Assembly: GCA_951804945.1 (NCBI GenBank)
Contig: OX638154.1
Coordinates: forward strand, 98,518,001-98,582,000
Direction of reading: 5' to 3'
Length of the DNA: 64,000 nucleotides
Source: Podarcis cretensis
Taxonomy: Eukaryota
Both the position numbers and the translations under genes were made by a program. The notes under the pieces are model-generated. The model did no database searches. It was not told the origin of the DNA and saw only the letters and a program-made list of their open reading frames with translations. How positions within the stretch are numbered: position 1 is the stretch's first letter; each line of letters starts with the position of its first letter. Of this stretch, positions 36,100 through 48,485 are shown piece after piece.

Positions 36100-36717
36100 G
36101 GCTTAGAGGATGGTGGAATGAAGGAACCAATGGGACATGGTTATTACTGGTTATAAACTTTATAGGAACATTATAGAAAGAATGTACTGAAGGTGGTGTT
36201 GCTGTGTATGTCAGAGAGGGCACTGAATTCAGCAAGCTGGGTGGTGATATTGGGTCTCAAGTAATTTAGTATGAAGGACATTCTATTGTCCTAATCAAAC
36301 TGCTCAGGGAGATTTTGAGATTACAAATGAAACTATATGTATTGCAATCAAGACAAAGAGGTAAAATGTATAGATGGCCAATATCAACCTTATGTCCTAG
36401 ATACTGTTAGACTACAACTTCAACCTTAGTTAGCAGGACGTTTTCAGGGATGATGGGAGTTGTAGTCCAATAGCACCTGAGGACCTAAGGTTGAGAAAGG
36501 GTGCCCTAGATAATTGGACCCTAGAATAGTCTGAGAACTGAGGCAGATTATGGAGAAGAGAGACAAAATTCTAGGCTTAACAGACAAAATAAAAACTGAC
36601 AAATCCATAGAGTGCTCACTAATGGTTCATCACCATCCTGGAAATAAGTGGCAAGTGAGGTGCTGGAAGGTTCTGTCCTGGGCCCATTGTTCGATGCCTT
36701 TATAAACAACTTGGATG
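36100..36717 (+). mobile_element. Decayed CR1 LINE fragments (EN and RT parts) left of the L1 insertion, with a small palindromic MITE near 36390-36505
   Basis: GGVAVYV-type EN remnant near 36190. The RT remnant GSVLGPL.....INNLD runs into the L1 TSD. Confidence 0.75.
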
Positions 36718-37668
36718 GGAGACTTCCGGTCGGCGCCAGCGCTTAATGGCGGCTCTCTCCCCGATCTCCGGAGAGAGGGCTGCTTCACGAGTTCGGGTCT
36801 GACCGCTACGGCGAAGCGGGGACCCCTAAAATCACAGGCGCGGAAGCCTGTGAACAAGGAGACTCGGTGGGCACCTTTTGCGCCCCCCTTACTGCAAAAG
36901 AGCCTTTTTAAAGGCTCCGGAGGAGCATCGGGGGATCGTGCGGTGCTGAGAGTCACTACCCAGCCCGTGAAGTCAAGCCGCGTCGCCATAAGCGGAGAGC
37001 GCCGATTCCTTCCTGAAATCTGGACTGAAATTGAAATACCCGTAAGTAGGATTGGGAAACCTACTGGGATTATAAAAAACGTTTGAAATTTGGCTGAAAA
37101 CGGGGATGGTAAATAAAGGAAGTCTGCCTCCCCCGGTTTGCATGGCTTTTAAAGCAACGGAATTGGAAAGCTGCAATTGAAGGAAAAGTAACTTTGAACT
37201 TTAGAATTATTTAACTTTGGCATTGAACTCTAACTACCCCTCCAGCAAGCAGGAGCAGGGGGGGAAGAAAAGGAAACTTGGCTTAACCTGCGTGAGAGGA
37301 AATATAAGTGATTAATTCCTGCTGTCTCTGACTCTGGGAACAGACTGCCTGGGTGAAGTGCTTTGACAGGAACTGTCTGACAAAACCTGCTGCAAAGCGG
37401 AGAGCTCAAATAGATACAATTTTTGGGACTTTACAGAAATATTACTGTTGCAATTGGAAGACTGAAAGTTTCTAAAAGACTGAAAGTTTCTAAAAAAACC
37501 TCTCTCCAAGAGGGTTTTTGGTTTCTTTGTTTCTTCTGCTTATTGGACACAATGTATTGCTCCCTCTAGAGGGCTGAAAGATTACAGTTGTAACATAGAC
37601 TGTCAAATAAAAACAAGTCACTGGATTTTGCTACTTAAGAGCTGTTCCTGTGGGAACGACCTTGGGAC

Positions 37669-38667
37669 ATGAGTGGTTCCGCAGAAGACATAACAACAAG
37701 ATCTAAGGCTAAAGCTGCACAAAAGAAAAGAGGCTCAATATCAGGCTTGCTGCCAACAGGCGCAGCTGGACAGGAGAAAGGAATAAACGTATTCATGGAT
37801 TCAGTGACTCAAGCATTACTTAAAATAAATGAATCTTTAGAAAATTTGACTAAGCAGAGCACGGAGAATACCAAACAACTGACAGAACTTACAACAAAAT
37901 TGGACTTAAATACCAAAAGCATTACATCTAATACAGAAACCATAAACAAATTGGTTCAAGAAAACGCCACAATTCGAAAAATTGCAGAAGAAGCTAAAAT
38001 TACTGCAGAAACTACACAGGAAAGTCTAATACCAGTCTGTAAGAAGTTGGACCAGCATGAGGCGGCCTTGTCTTTGTGGGAGATGCAGAGGAAAGAGAAG
38101 AATTTGAGACTTAGGTTGGTCCCTGAAAGTGAAGGGGACAACCTAGTGGACTTTCTCACAAAAGAATTATCAGAATTTTGGCAGGTAAACTCAGAGGAAG
38201 ATGATTTTAAGATAACAACCGCCTTCAGATTGGGCAGAAGGCAAGGCAGGAAGATCCCAAGGGATTGTCTGATAACTCTGAGATCTAAAGAGGAAAGAGA
38301 TAAAATTTTAAATTTACATTACCAGAGAACCCTTCAGATTGGAAATGCTTCTGTTCAAATTTATAAGGACATCCCAAAATATATTCTGGAGGTAAGAACC
38401 TATTTTAAGAATCTGGTTGACCTGCTGAAGAAGAATAACATACCTTTTAGGTGGGAATTTCCACAAGGTTTGTCTTTTAACTTCAAAGGAAAGAAAGTCA
38501 AAATAAGAACAGTGCAAGATAAAGAACAATTCCTAGACAGAAATGAGGAGGACCTTGTGAAAGGAGTGCTAGACTCGACCTCTGACACAGACCTTGGAAA
38601 CTTGACATTTGGACTGAAGTCACCAACGGAAGAAGAACAGCTGCAGGGAGCAGCTGGAGGTAACTAA
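37669..38667 (+). CDS. L1 ORF1p (coiled coil + RRM + CTD), 332 aa
   Basis: Heptad-rich N-terminal half, then NLRLRLVPE, AFRLG...PRD, IYKDIP and FRWEFPQGL motifs typical of L1 ORF1. Confidence 0.92.
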   Translation: MSGSAEDITTRSKAKAAQKKRGSISGLLPTGAAGQEKGINVFMDSVTQALLKINESLENLTKQSTENTKQLTELTTKLDLNTKSITSNTETINKLVQENATIRKIAEEAKITAETTQESLIPVCKKLDQHEAALSLWEMQRKEKNLRLRLVPESEGDNLVDFLTKELSEFWQVNSEEDDFKITTAFRLGRRQGRKIPRDCLITLRSKEERDKILNLHYQRTLQIGNASVQIYKDIPKYILEVRTYFKNLVDLLKKNNIPFRWEFPQGLSFNFKGKKVKIRTVQDKEQFLDRNEEDLVKGVLDSTSDTDLGNLTFGLKSPTEEEQLQGAAGGN

Positions 38668-38673
38668 CTAATA

Positions 38674-41600
38674 ATGTCTCTGCAATTTTTAACTTGGAAC
38701 TGTAATGGACTCAACCTTCCCAGAAAAAGGCGTGAGGTCTTTCATATCTTGAAAAGAGAACAATTGGATTTGATATGTCTACAAGAAACCCACGTAACAA
38801 GGGCATACAGAAGACTACTTATAAATAAAAGATTAGGACAGGAATTTATTTCATCAGACAAAGTTAAGAAAAGAGGAGTGGTGATTTATGCAAAGGAAAA
38901 ATTGACCCCAAAATTGATCTTTAAAGATGAATATGGAAGAATTCTGGCAATTGAGATACAAATCCAAGGAGAAAAACTCCTGATAGTGGGCATCTATGCA
39001 CCAAATGAAGGGAAGGCAGAATTTTACAAGAAATTGCATGAGACATTAACGGATTATTTGGATTATAAGGTGATCTTATTAGGAGATATGAATGGCGTGG
39101 TCTCTACAAATATGGATAAAGCACAAAGACAGGTGGTCTCTAAGGACGGGAGACTACCTAAGACCTTTTTTGAAATGACTGAAAACATAGACCTGATTGA
39201 TATCTGGAGAACAAGAAACCCTCTTGAGAGAGAGGGAACATTCTTTTCAGAGGCACAAATGACATGGACAAGAATAGATCAAATATGGATTACTAGTGGA
39301 ATGGCTCCAAGGATAAAAAAGGTGGAAATCTGCCCAAAGACATGCTCCGACCATAACGCAGTGAAGATGGAAATGAAACTAACAACAGCTGGATCCTTCA
39401 GATGGAGAATGAATGACACCCTATTCAGAGAGGTGGAGATTTACAAAAAGGCCCAAAAAACCTTGAAGGACTACTTTGAGATAAATCTGAGGACAGAGGT
39501 TGAGAAAAGAGTGATTTGGGACGCAAGCAAGGCCGTGATGCGAGGTTTTCTGATACAACAGAACTCTTTAAAGAGAAAGAAACAAAATGAAAGGAAGGAT
39601 AAGATTCTGGAAAAAATAAAAGGAGAAAAGAAACTGAGGTCTAAACCAAAGTCTCATGAAATTCTGAGAGAAATTAGGTTCTATCAAATGCAATATATGG
39701 AATTGATGAACCAGGAGATAGAATGGAAAATCAAGCAAATGAGACAGAGGACATTTGAATCAGCGGACAAATGTGGGAAACTTCTAGCATGGCAATTGAA
39801 GAAGAGACAGAAATTAAATACAGTCACAAGTTTGGAGGTGGATGGAAAGAACATCTTTAAACCAAATGAGATTAGCAACTGCTTTCAGAGTTATTTCAGG
39901 AGATTATATGCACAAGGGCCGGAAAACGAAGGAGGCATAGAAGATTTTCTTAAGAAATATGGATTACAAAAAATTTCGCAACAAAGCATGTTGATTTTAA
40001 ATGAGAAAATAACAGATCAAGAAGTGGAGGGTGCCATTCAAAACATGCAACTAGGGAAATCTCCAGGACCAGATGGACTAACCTCCAGATATTATAAAGC
40101 ATTGAAAGAATGGTTAATACAGCCGCTTAAGGAGGTTTGTAATGAAATATTAGAGGGGAAAAAGGCACCTGAATCGTGGAAAGAAGCTTTCATCACACTT
40201 ATACCAAAGACTGAAACTGAAAAAAACCAGATCAAGAACTACCGCCCTATATCATTACTTAATGTGGATTACAAAATATTTGCTGACATTTTAGCAAAAA
40301 GACTGAAGAGGGTGTTAATGGAGGAGATTCATAAGGACCAGGCAGGCTTTCTCCCAGGAAGACACTTACCAGATAATGTAAGGAACATAATTGACATTAT
40401 GGAACTGCTAACTGTAAATATTAATACGAAGGCAGTGGACGCGGAGAAAGCCTTTGATAATATCTCTTGGAAGTTCATGAAGAAGAATCTCCATGGGATG
40501 GGGGTAGGTCAAAGGTTTGAAAATGGTATAAGTGCAATATATTCTGAACAAAAGACTAAGCTAATTGTAAATAACGTGGTTACTGATGAACTTTCCATAG
40601 AAAAAGGGACACGGCAGGGGTGCCCGATATCCCCATTACTTTTTATATCAGTCCTGGAGGTTTTGTTGAACATGATTAGGGGGGACCAGCTGGTAAAAGG
40701 AGTTCAGGTCGGAACTAAACACTATAAATTGAAGGCATTTGCAGATGACCTAGTACTGATTTTACAAGAGCCAGATACTAGTACAAAAAGAGTTTTAGAG
40801 TTAATTCAATTCTTTGGTCAGGTGGCAGGATTCAAGTTGAACAAACAAAAAACTAAAGTTCTGGAAAAAAACTTAACAAATGTTGAAAGAGAGAGATTCC
40901 AAAACGAAACTGGGTTAATGGTGGCAAAGAAAGTAAAATATTTGGGGATTAACATGACATCTAAAAATGTGAATTTATTTAAAGACAATTATGATAAATG
41001 TTGGACAGAGGTAAAGAAAGATCTAGAAATATGGTCGAATCTGAAGCTTTCCTTGTTAGGCCGAATTGCAGTGATCAAAATGAATGTATTGCCTAGAATG
41101 TTATTTTTGTTTCAGACATTACAAATTGTGGATAAACTAGATTGTTTCAAGAAGTGGCAGAAAGATATATCTAAATTTATCTGGCAGGGCAAAAAGCCCA
41201 GAATAAAATTTAAGATACTTACTGATGCAAAAGAAAGAGGGGGTTTTGCTCTGCCGGATTTGAGACTGTACTATGAATCGGCAGCTTTCTGCTGGTTGAA
41301 AGAGTGGCTACTTCTTGAGAATGCAGATATTCTGGACTTGGAAGGATTTGATAATAGGTTTGGCTGGCATGCATATTTATGGTATGACAAGGTTAAAGTT
41401 CACAAGGGTTTTAAAAACCATATTGTTAGGAAAGCATTATATAATGTTTGGATTCGATACAAGGATTTGTTGGAAAATAAAACTCCTAGGTGGTTATCAC
41501 CTATGGAGGCTAAGGAGGTGAAGAAACTTAACATGGAATCCAAATGGCCAAAATATTCTGAAATTTTAGAACAAGAAAGCGGTGAGTTTAAACTACAGAG

Positions 41601-42396
41601 TTTTGAGAAATTAAAGCCCAAGGTACGAGATTGGCTTCATTACTACCAAATAATGGAAACATTTAAACAATACAGGAAAATTGGCTTCCAGGTGGAGAAA
41701 TCGAAATTGGAAACAGAATTGTTAGAACCCAATACTAAGAATGTATCAAGAATGTATAATCTGTTGCTGAAGTGGAATACAATAGATGAGACAGTTAAAT
41801 CAGCCATGATTAAATGGGCACAGGACATTGGTCATGACATTATGTTTGCTGACTGGGAACAGTTATGGACCACCGGTATCAAATTCACGGCAAGCAATGC
41901 CTTAAGAGAAAATATTATGAAAATGATTTATAGGTGGTACATGACCCCAGTCAAGCTTGCAAAGATTTATCATCTGCCCAATAATAAATGCTGGAAATGT
42001 AATGAGACTGAAGGTACCTTCTTTCACCTTTGGTGGACCTGCCCAAAGATTAAAGCCTTTTGGGAAATGATCTATAATGAAATTAAGAAGGTACTTAAAT
42101 GTACCTTTCACAAGAAACCAGAGGCATTTCTCTTGGGCATGGTCGGCCAATTGGTGTCAAGGAAGGATAGGACTTTTTTTATGTACGCCACTACAGCAGC
42201 AAGGATCCTTCTAGCAAAGTATTGGAAGACACAAGAACTCCCCACACTGGAAGAATGGCAGACGAAAGTGATTGACTTTATGGGATTGGCAGAAATGACT
42301 GGCAGAATCCGTGACCAAGAGAAAGAGACGGTGGAGGAAGACTGGAAGAAGTTCAAAGCTTATCTTAAGAACTGTTACAATATTGATGAGTGCTAA
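38674..42396 (+). CDS. L1 ORF2p (APE endonuclease + reverse transcriptase + CCHC), 1240 aa
   Basis: EN motifs TWNCNGL, LQETH, GDMN, RIDQIW, SDH. RT motifs KSPGPDG, YRPISLLN, DAEKAFD, GTRQGCPISP, FADD, KYLGI. C-terminal CWKC-x8-H-x4-C. Confidence 0.96.
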   Translation: MSLQFLTWNCNGLNLPRKRREVFHILKREQLDLICLQETHVTRAYRRLLINKRLGQEFISSDKVKKRGVVIYAKEKLTPKLIFKDEYGRILAIEIQIQGEKLLIVGIYAPNEGKAEFYKKLHETLTDYLDYKVILLGDMNGVVSTNMDKAQRQVVSKDGRLPKTFFEMTENIDLIDIWRTRNPLEREGTFFSEAQMTWTRIDQIWITSGMAPRIKKVEICPKTCSDHNAVKMEMKLTTAGSFRWRMNDTLFREVEIYKKAQKTLKDYFEINLRTEVEKRVIWDASKAVMRGFLIQQNSLKRKKQNERKDKILEKIKGEKKLRSKPKSHEILREIRFYQMQYMELMNQEIEWKIKQMRQRTFESADKCGKLLAWQLKKRQKLNTVTSLEVDGKNIFKPNEISNCFQSYFRRLYAQGPENEGGIEDFLKKYGLQKISQQSMLILNEKITDQEVEGAIQNMQLGKSPGPDGLTSRYYKALKEWLIQPLKEVCNEILEGKKAPESWKEAFITLIPKTETEKNQIKNYRPISLLNVDYKIFADILAKRLKRVLMEEIHKDQAGFLPGRHLPDNVRNIIDIMELLTVNINTKAVDAEKAFDNISWKFMKKNLHGMGVGQRFENGISAIYSEQKTKLIVNNVVTDELSIEKGTRQGCPISPLLFISVLEVLLNMIRGDQLVKGVQVGTKHYKLKAFADDLVLILQEPDTSTKRVLELIQFFGQVAGFKLNKQKTKVLEKNLTNVERERFQNETGLMVAKKVKYLGINMTSKNVNLFKDNYDKCWTEVKKDLEIWSNLKLSLLGRIAVIKMNVLPRMLFLFQTLQIVDKLDCFKKWQKDISKFIWQGKKPRIKFKILTDAKERGGFALPDLRLYYESAAFCWLKEWLLLENADILDLEGFDNRFGWHAYLWYDKVKVHKGFKNHIVRKALYNVWIRYKDLLENKTPRWLSPMEAKEVKKLNMESKWPKYSEILEQESGEFKLQSFEKLKPKVRDWLHYYQIMETFKQYRKIGFQVEKSKLETELLEPNTKNVSRMYNLLLKWNTIDETVKSAMIKWAQDIGHDIMFADWEQLWTTGIKFTASNALRENIMKMIYRWYMTPVKLAKIYHLPNNKCWKCNETEGTFFHLWWTCPKIKAFWEMIYNEIKKVLKCTFHKKPEAFLLGMVGQLVSRKDRTFFMYATTAARILLAKYWKTQELPTLEEWQTKVIDFMGLAEMTGRIRDQEKETVEEDWKKFKAYLKNCYNIDEC

Positions 42397-42694
42397 AATG
42401 TCAAGGGAAAGGAAGATACAGAATTGCAGCGGAAATTGTTTGTTGAAATAAGATGAAATTGAGAAAGATAGTAAGTTTTAATTAATTGGAGTAAAGGGTT
42501 GCTGAAAAATTGTAAAATATGGATGCAAAAAGGGTGAGGTATGGGGAAGTCCGAGAAAGAAGGCTTATGAAAATGAGGTTATGAAATTATATCTGTGTGT
42601 TTGTTTTTGTTTGTTGGTGTGTGTATGTTATTTTGTCTTAAAATTGGAAAAATAATAAAAATTATATATATAAAAAAAATAAACAACTTGGATG

Positions 42695-43780
<1,086 letters not shown>

Positions 43781-44266
43781 CCATAAAATCCAGTGAAGCT
43801 GAATGATGGAAGAGATTCAGGACAGATAAAAGAAAACGCCTTACGCTGCCCATAGTTAATAGAACTCCTACCTACAGGAAGCAGTGATGGTCACCAACTT
43901 GGATGGCTTTAAAAGAGGATTAGATGAATGCATGGCAGATAAAGGCCATCAGTGGTTATAAGCCATGAGGGCTATGCTCTGCCTCCATGGTCGGAGGTAG
44001 TTGCTGGAAACTGCAGGAAGGGAGTGTGCTCTTGTGTTCGGATCCTGCTTGTAGATTTCCCATACACACCTGATCCAGCAGGCTCTTAAGTTCTTCAGCT
44101 GCACATGAAAATGATACTACAGTAAGCCCACAACTTGTGTGCATTCAGCTTTTACGTGCTGGGCAAAAGAGATACTTTGGCAAGCCCACCCACCACTGAG
44201 CCCGATGTGCTTTGGCTAGACATGATTTGGGCTTTGGACATGATCTCCAGAATGTAACCCCCATGG

Positions 44267-44399
44267 ACCGTATTTACTCAAATCTAATGTGCACCTTGAA
44301 ACCCTAAAAAAGTATGTGCCATCAAATCTAATACACAACTTGATTTTTGCGACGTAATTTGGCCAGAAAAGGTGAGCATTAGATTCGAGTAAATACGAT
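44267..44399. mobile_element. Pogo/Tc2-like MITE
   Basis: CGTATTTACTCAAATCTAATG...CATTAGATTCGAGTAAATACG inverted termini. Confidence 0.7.
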
Positions 44400-44544
44400 A
44401 TATTGTGGGCTTACTGTATATTAAGGCTATAGAGAGGTATTTCGCTCACTGTTCCAAAGGGTTTGAGCTGGGAGCTATAAAGTAAGTTTATAAACCAGCA
44501 ACTTTGCTCTTTCAGTTAAGTCATGAGAAAACACACCAGATGAT

Positions 44545-44550
44545 TTTATT
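44545..44550 (-). terminator. Probable KLHL20 polyadenylation signal (AATAAA), implying a ~1.75-kb 3'UTR
   Basis: TTTATT on the plus strand at the boundary between AT-rich unique sequence and repeat-rich DNA. Confidence 0.5.
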
Positions 44551-46298
44551 AAGGTAACACTATTTATACAAATCAACTCATGCTAGAAAAAGCACAAATG
44601 ATATGTAAACAATTGTTTACAGAATACTTTTTCTTTGTAAAGGTGCAAATGTTCAAAATGTAAACACAAGAATGCCATCTCTCCGGCCAAGAAGGGTTTT
44701 CCCCTTTCTTGAAAATCCACTTGTGTTAAGTTCCCCACCCACCCAAAGACATTGAAGATGTTGAAGTTTACAAATAAAGCTACTTCTTAAAGGAAATGTC
44801 AGTAAAACTTAATTTCATTGGCATTCCTTGCAACTCGCCTCACCTCACCCAGTGCTGCGATCAGCTTTCCTTTCTGCTGCTTCCTTGGCACCACAAGAAT
44901 AGGGCACAAGTTATACATAACTGTTCTTTAGCTCCAGCCATCACTGGCCATGTCTGCTGGGGTTGCCTAGAACCAAGAACTGCAGTGACATAGGTTTCCC
45001 ATCCTTGCCCTACAGCCCACTAATTTAGCTACAGCCGTGACAGCTGAGTTTTTAGATAGAACTATGCTTTAAGGATAAAGATGGCAGCTTAGACAAATTC
45101 AAAATGCTTATAATTCTTAGCATGTCTTTCAAAAGTGACAAGACAGGCATCATTATAGATAGATGTAGATACCATTTTACTAATGGCCAGTGTGTGGCTC
45201 TGAAGTACAAATTATTACTAGGAGATAAAATAGGTATCCTATTTCTGATACAGTACTCTGTTCTTTAATCCAAATCAGGCTTGTATATGTACTTAGTCAC
45301 ACTAGTTAACATTACTAGTGCACTAACAGTGAGAAATACAAAACAGATGCAACTAGAGCATAAAGTCTATACAAAGGGAGACTATCTACCAAGACGTTCT
45401 CCACAACCCGTACAGAAATGAACAGAAGCAGCACACAAATTCTGCTGTGCTCCACATTGACTTCAGTGGGGCTTGTGCTGGAGAACTTCCCAGTAGATTG
45501 CTCAAATTATTATGTGTCTATTCCTTCTTCCACTTGTTTTCTGTTTTTGTTTTTTTAAATATATTTGTTCTTACTGACCCACAGTGCCAGCAACCTTTTG
45601 TTGGCTAGCCCTTGGCTTCCAAAGATTTTAACTAGGCCAAAGCTTACAAACAGCTTCATTTAGAAAGCTGCATCAGAATTTTACTTGGGGGGAAATCACA
45701 TTACCATGATATTAACAATATGGTAGAAATGGAACAGGTTCCAGCATATATAGAATTTCCCCCAATGCAATGTAAAATTCAAGCAGCAGCATCTTCTGCC
45801 AAAGCCCTGTTGAAATGAATGGGCTCTTATGCAACTAATTCATTTAAATGGAGCATATGGGCCCTGTTTGACTTGACCTCTTTAAACAAGGCCAATGATG
45901 TTTCAGAGAAACATTCGTCTATGCAGATGCATTGTCTACCTCTCAAAAGGCTCCTGTCTTTGATGGAACTCATATACAGATTGAGGTCTTCATTGCTTAG
46001 AATAACATTACATTCCAGTTTCTTCATTAAGATTGTAAAATTAGAATGGGGAGACAAAGACAATGAAAACTATGTGTTCCAGGTATATTCCTGGGGTTGC
46101 TTGATCTGGTCTTCTGTAACTAGTAGAGGAGGGGGAAATGCTTGCAACATCCATTATAGTCCCATAGAAAGAGGCACCAGCGAATAATATAAATGTGATC
46201 TCAATTTTACTAGAGCCTCAGAGAGCTCAGCAGTCACCAAGCTGACCAGCTTCAATAGGAATGAACTCGGAGTGAGAAAGATTTCTCCCATTGGCTTT

Positions 46299-46383
46299 CT
46301 ACCATATATGGGATTCACAGTGTGTCATTTTTATAACTCCCACTCCACCTCCAAGCCGACGATAGTTCATTCCTCCATACAGT
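46299..46383 (-). CDS. KLHL20: KLHL20 last coding exon ([27 protein letters not shown])
   Basis: 85 nt including TAG. The spliced CDS sums to 1830 nt, or 609 aa. Confidence 0.96.
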
Positions 46384-47066
46384 CTGCAAAGAAAAGACGC
46401 ACTTTGTTACTCTGATTTAACCCCTATTCTTAACAGAAGTGCAAGAATCAAATTTATGATAATCAACATGGATGGTCTCCAAATGACTGTATTAGGGGAG
46501 AGAAATTGCCATATGAGAATAATCATTAGCTGGCATGCCTGTTACTAAATAGTGGGATATAGGCCAGCAAAATATGAAGAGATTGAAGAAAAAAGTCTTG
46601 AGATTATTTTGATGCCTAGGGTTGATAGAAATCTGTACACGGTCTTAATAAAAAGGCTGGTTCAACCACCAAATCAAATCATGCTTTCATATTATGTGAG
46701 CAAGACTCAGACTTGTCTGTTTCCTTCCCCCTTTCATTTTGTGACAAGCTGGAGTTTGTCCTCAAGCCCACACTGAAAGCCATATTTTGGAAGGAATTCA
46801 GCATAATGCAACCAAATCGCTCTGTCAGCAATCTTGCTCTGGATTTTCTGACACACCCCTAGAGCCAATGGAAGCACACAGGGGGAAGAGAGGAGGGAAA
46901 GTCCCACTGCGCAGACTTTCTTTGGTGGGGCTTGTTAGTTGAATCCTGCCCTTGATTGTGTTTTTCAATTTTGGCTTCTGGGCAAACCATAGTCTGAAAT
47001 GATTCCAACTTAAAGCAGAAACTAACTTTTTTTTGTAGAATTGGGAGGGAATCAAAGTGCACTATG

Positions 47067-47313
47067 GGAGGAGGAGGAGAGTTTGGATTTGACATCCTGC
47101 TTTATCACTACCCGAAGGAGTCTCAAAGCAGCTAACATTCTCCTTTCCCTTCCTCCCCCACAACAAACACTCTGTGAGGTGAGTGAGGCTGAGAGACTTC
47201 AGAGAAGTGTGACTAGCCCAAGGTCACCCAGCAGCTGCATGTGGAGGAGCGGGGAAGCAAACCCGGTTCACCAGATTACGAGTCCATTGCTCTTAACACT
47301 ACATCACACTGGC
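47067..47313 (-). mobile_element. Squam3-like (Ther1/MIR-derived) SINE
   Basis: Homologous to 51121-51373 and 55699-55951. tRNA-like head and purine-triplet tail. Confidence 0.85.
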
Positions 47314-47423
47314 ATGAACTGAAATTCTATCATTTAATGCCAAAGCAAGGGTTTGCATTGTTTCTGAACAGTATTGTTCGAAAGACAAAATGTATCCTAA
47401 TTATGATTTTTAAACTTCTTTAC

Positions 47424-47530
47424 CTCCATGTGTTGGCATCTGGGTCAAACACTTCAATAGTCTTCAAGTATGTTGTGCCATCAAAGCCTCCTACGGCCAT
47501 TAGCTGTCCATTCACAACAGCGAGGCCAAC
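47424..47530 (-). CDS. KLHL20: KLHL20 exon 11, kelch ([35 protein letters not shown])
   Basis: 107 nt, AG/GT bounded. Confidence 0.96.
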
Positions 47531-47871
47531 CTAGATAATGACCAAATAAGTGATTTGTGTAAGTTGGAATGTTGCAATACAGTCTAGTGTTCTAAACACA
47601 AGGGCTGCTGCAGAAGGATATTCAGTGGGGTCAAGTACACAATTTACATTTTTCCATTGGTGGAAGAGCAACTGAGAAGAAGAATATGGATAAGAGGTAA
47701 ATAGTTTAACTAGTTCATTGGTCAGGCTATATATCTCAATGCACATACTGTCTACATCCAGAGTTGACAGAATTGTACTGCTTCACTCCAAGTCTGAATT
47801 TTCTTTTCAGCCTAAGAGCAGCATTGATGGTCAGTCTTCTGATAGCCACATATTAGTGACAGGTAATTAGT

Positions 47872-47872
<1 letters not shown>

Positions 47873-47906
<34 letters not shown>
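47873..47906. repeat. (AC)n microsatellite
   Basis: Directly visible. Confidence 0.95.
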
Positions 47907-47907
<1 letters not shown>

Positions 47908-48068
47908 AAACATGCATGCATGCAGCACTCTCCCTATCACACCCACCCAGCCTTAGCATTTCCAGCACTGGAGGGGGTTGGGCCTGGAAATGCCTTCTAT
48001 CCTGGAGGATCTAAAGAGCTGTCAGAGGGCTTATCTCCAATCTTAGCATTGTGCTGCTTAGTGTAGAG

Positions 48069-48246
48069 CAGGCATGTCCAAAGTCCGTTTCAGGGGCCTA
48101 ATCCAGCCCACCAGTCGACTTATCTGGCTCCCGTGGCAGTATATGTCCCGGGGTAAAATCCTTAAAGCTCAACAACTTTGGTCAGCCCTCACACGTGTTC
48201 ACTTCATCAAATCTGGTCCTCTTTGAAAAAAGTTTGGGCACCCCTG
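48069..48246. mobile_element. hAT MITE
   Basis: Perfect 8-bp TSD GTGTAGAG, TIRs CAGGCATGTCCAAA / TTTGGGCACCCCTG. Confidence 0.85.
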
Positions 48247-48485
48247 GTGTAGAGGTTGGAGAGAAAAGGTCCCCCTTGTCTACTCTTTAGAGATCCTAAA
48301 GCACTCTGATTGCTTTCTAAAGAACAGAGAGCTATATTTCCTGCTCAAAATGGAAGATAAAAGCTGCAGTAGCTGGTAGGCCACTTCCTGTAGCTAGCAA
48401 ACTGGATCCAGTGCTCAGGTTAGCCACCTCTGGTCTAAAGAATTCAAGGTGAGCAGGAACAGCAGCCAAATCAACCCCAGCTTAC

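Larger units (their letters stand above)
36718..42678 (+). mobile_element. Full-length L1-clade LINE (~5.96 kb)
   Basis: 16-bp TSD ATAAACAACTTGGATG at 36702-36717 and 42679-42694. CpG-rich 5'UTR, two long ORFs, 3'UTR, AATAAA and an A-rich tail. Confidence 0.96.
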
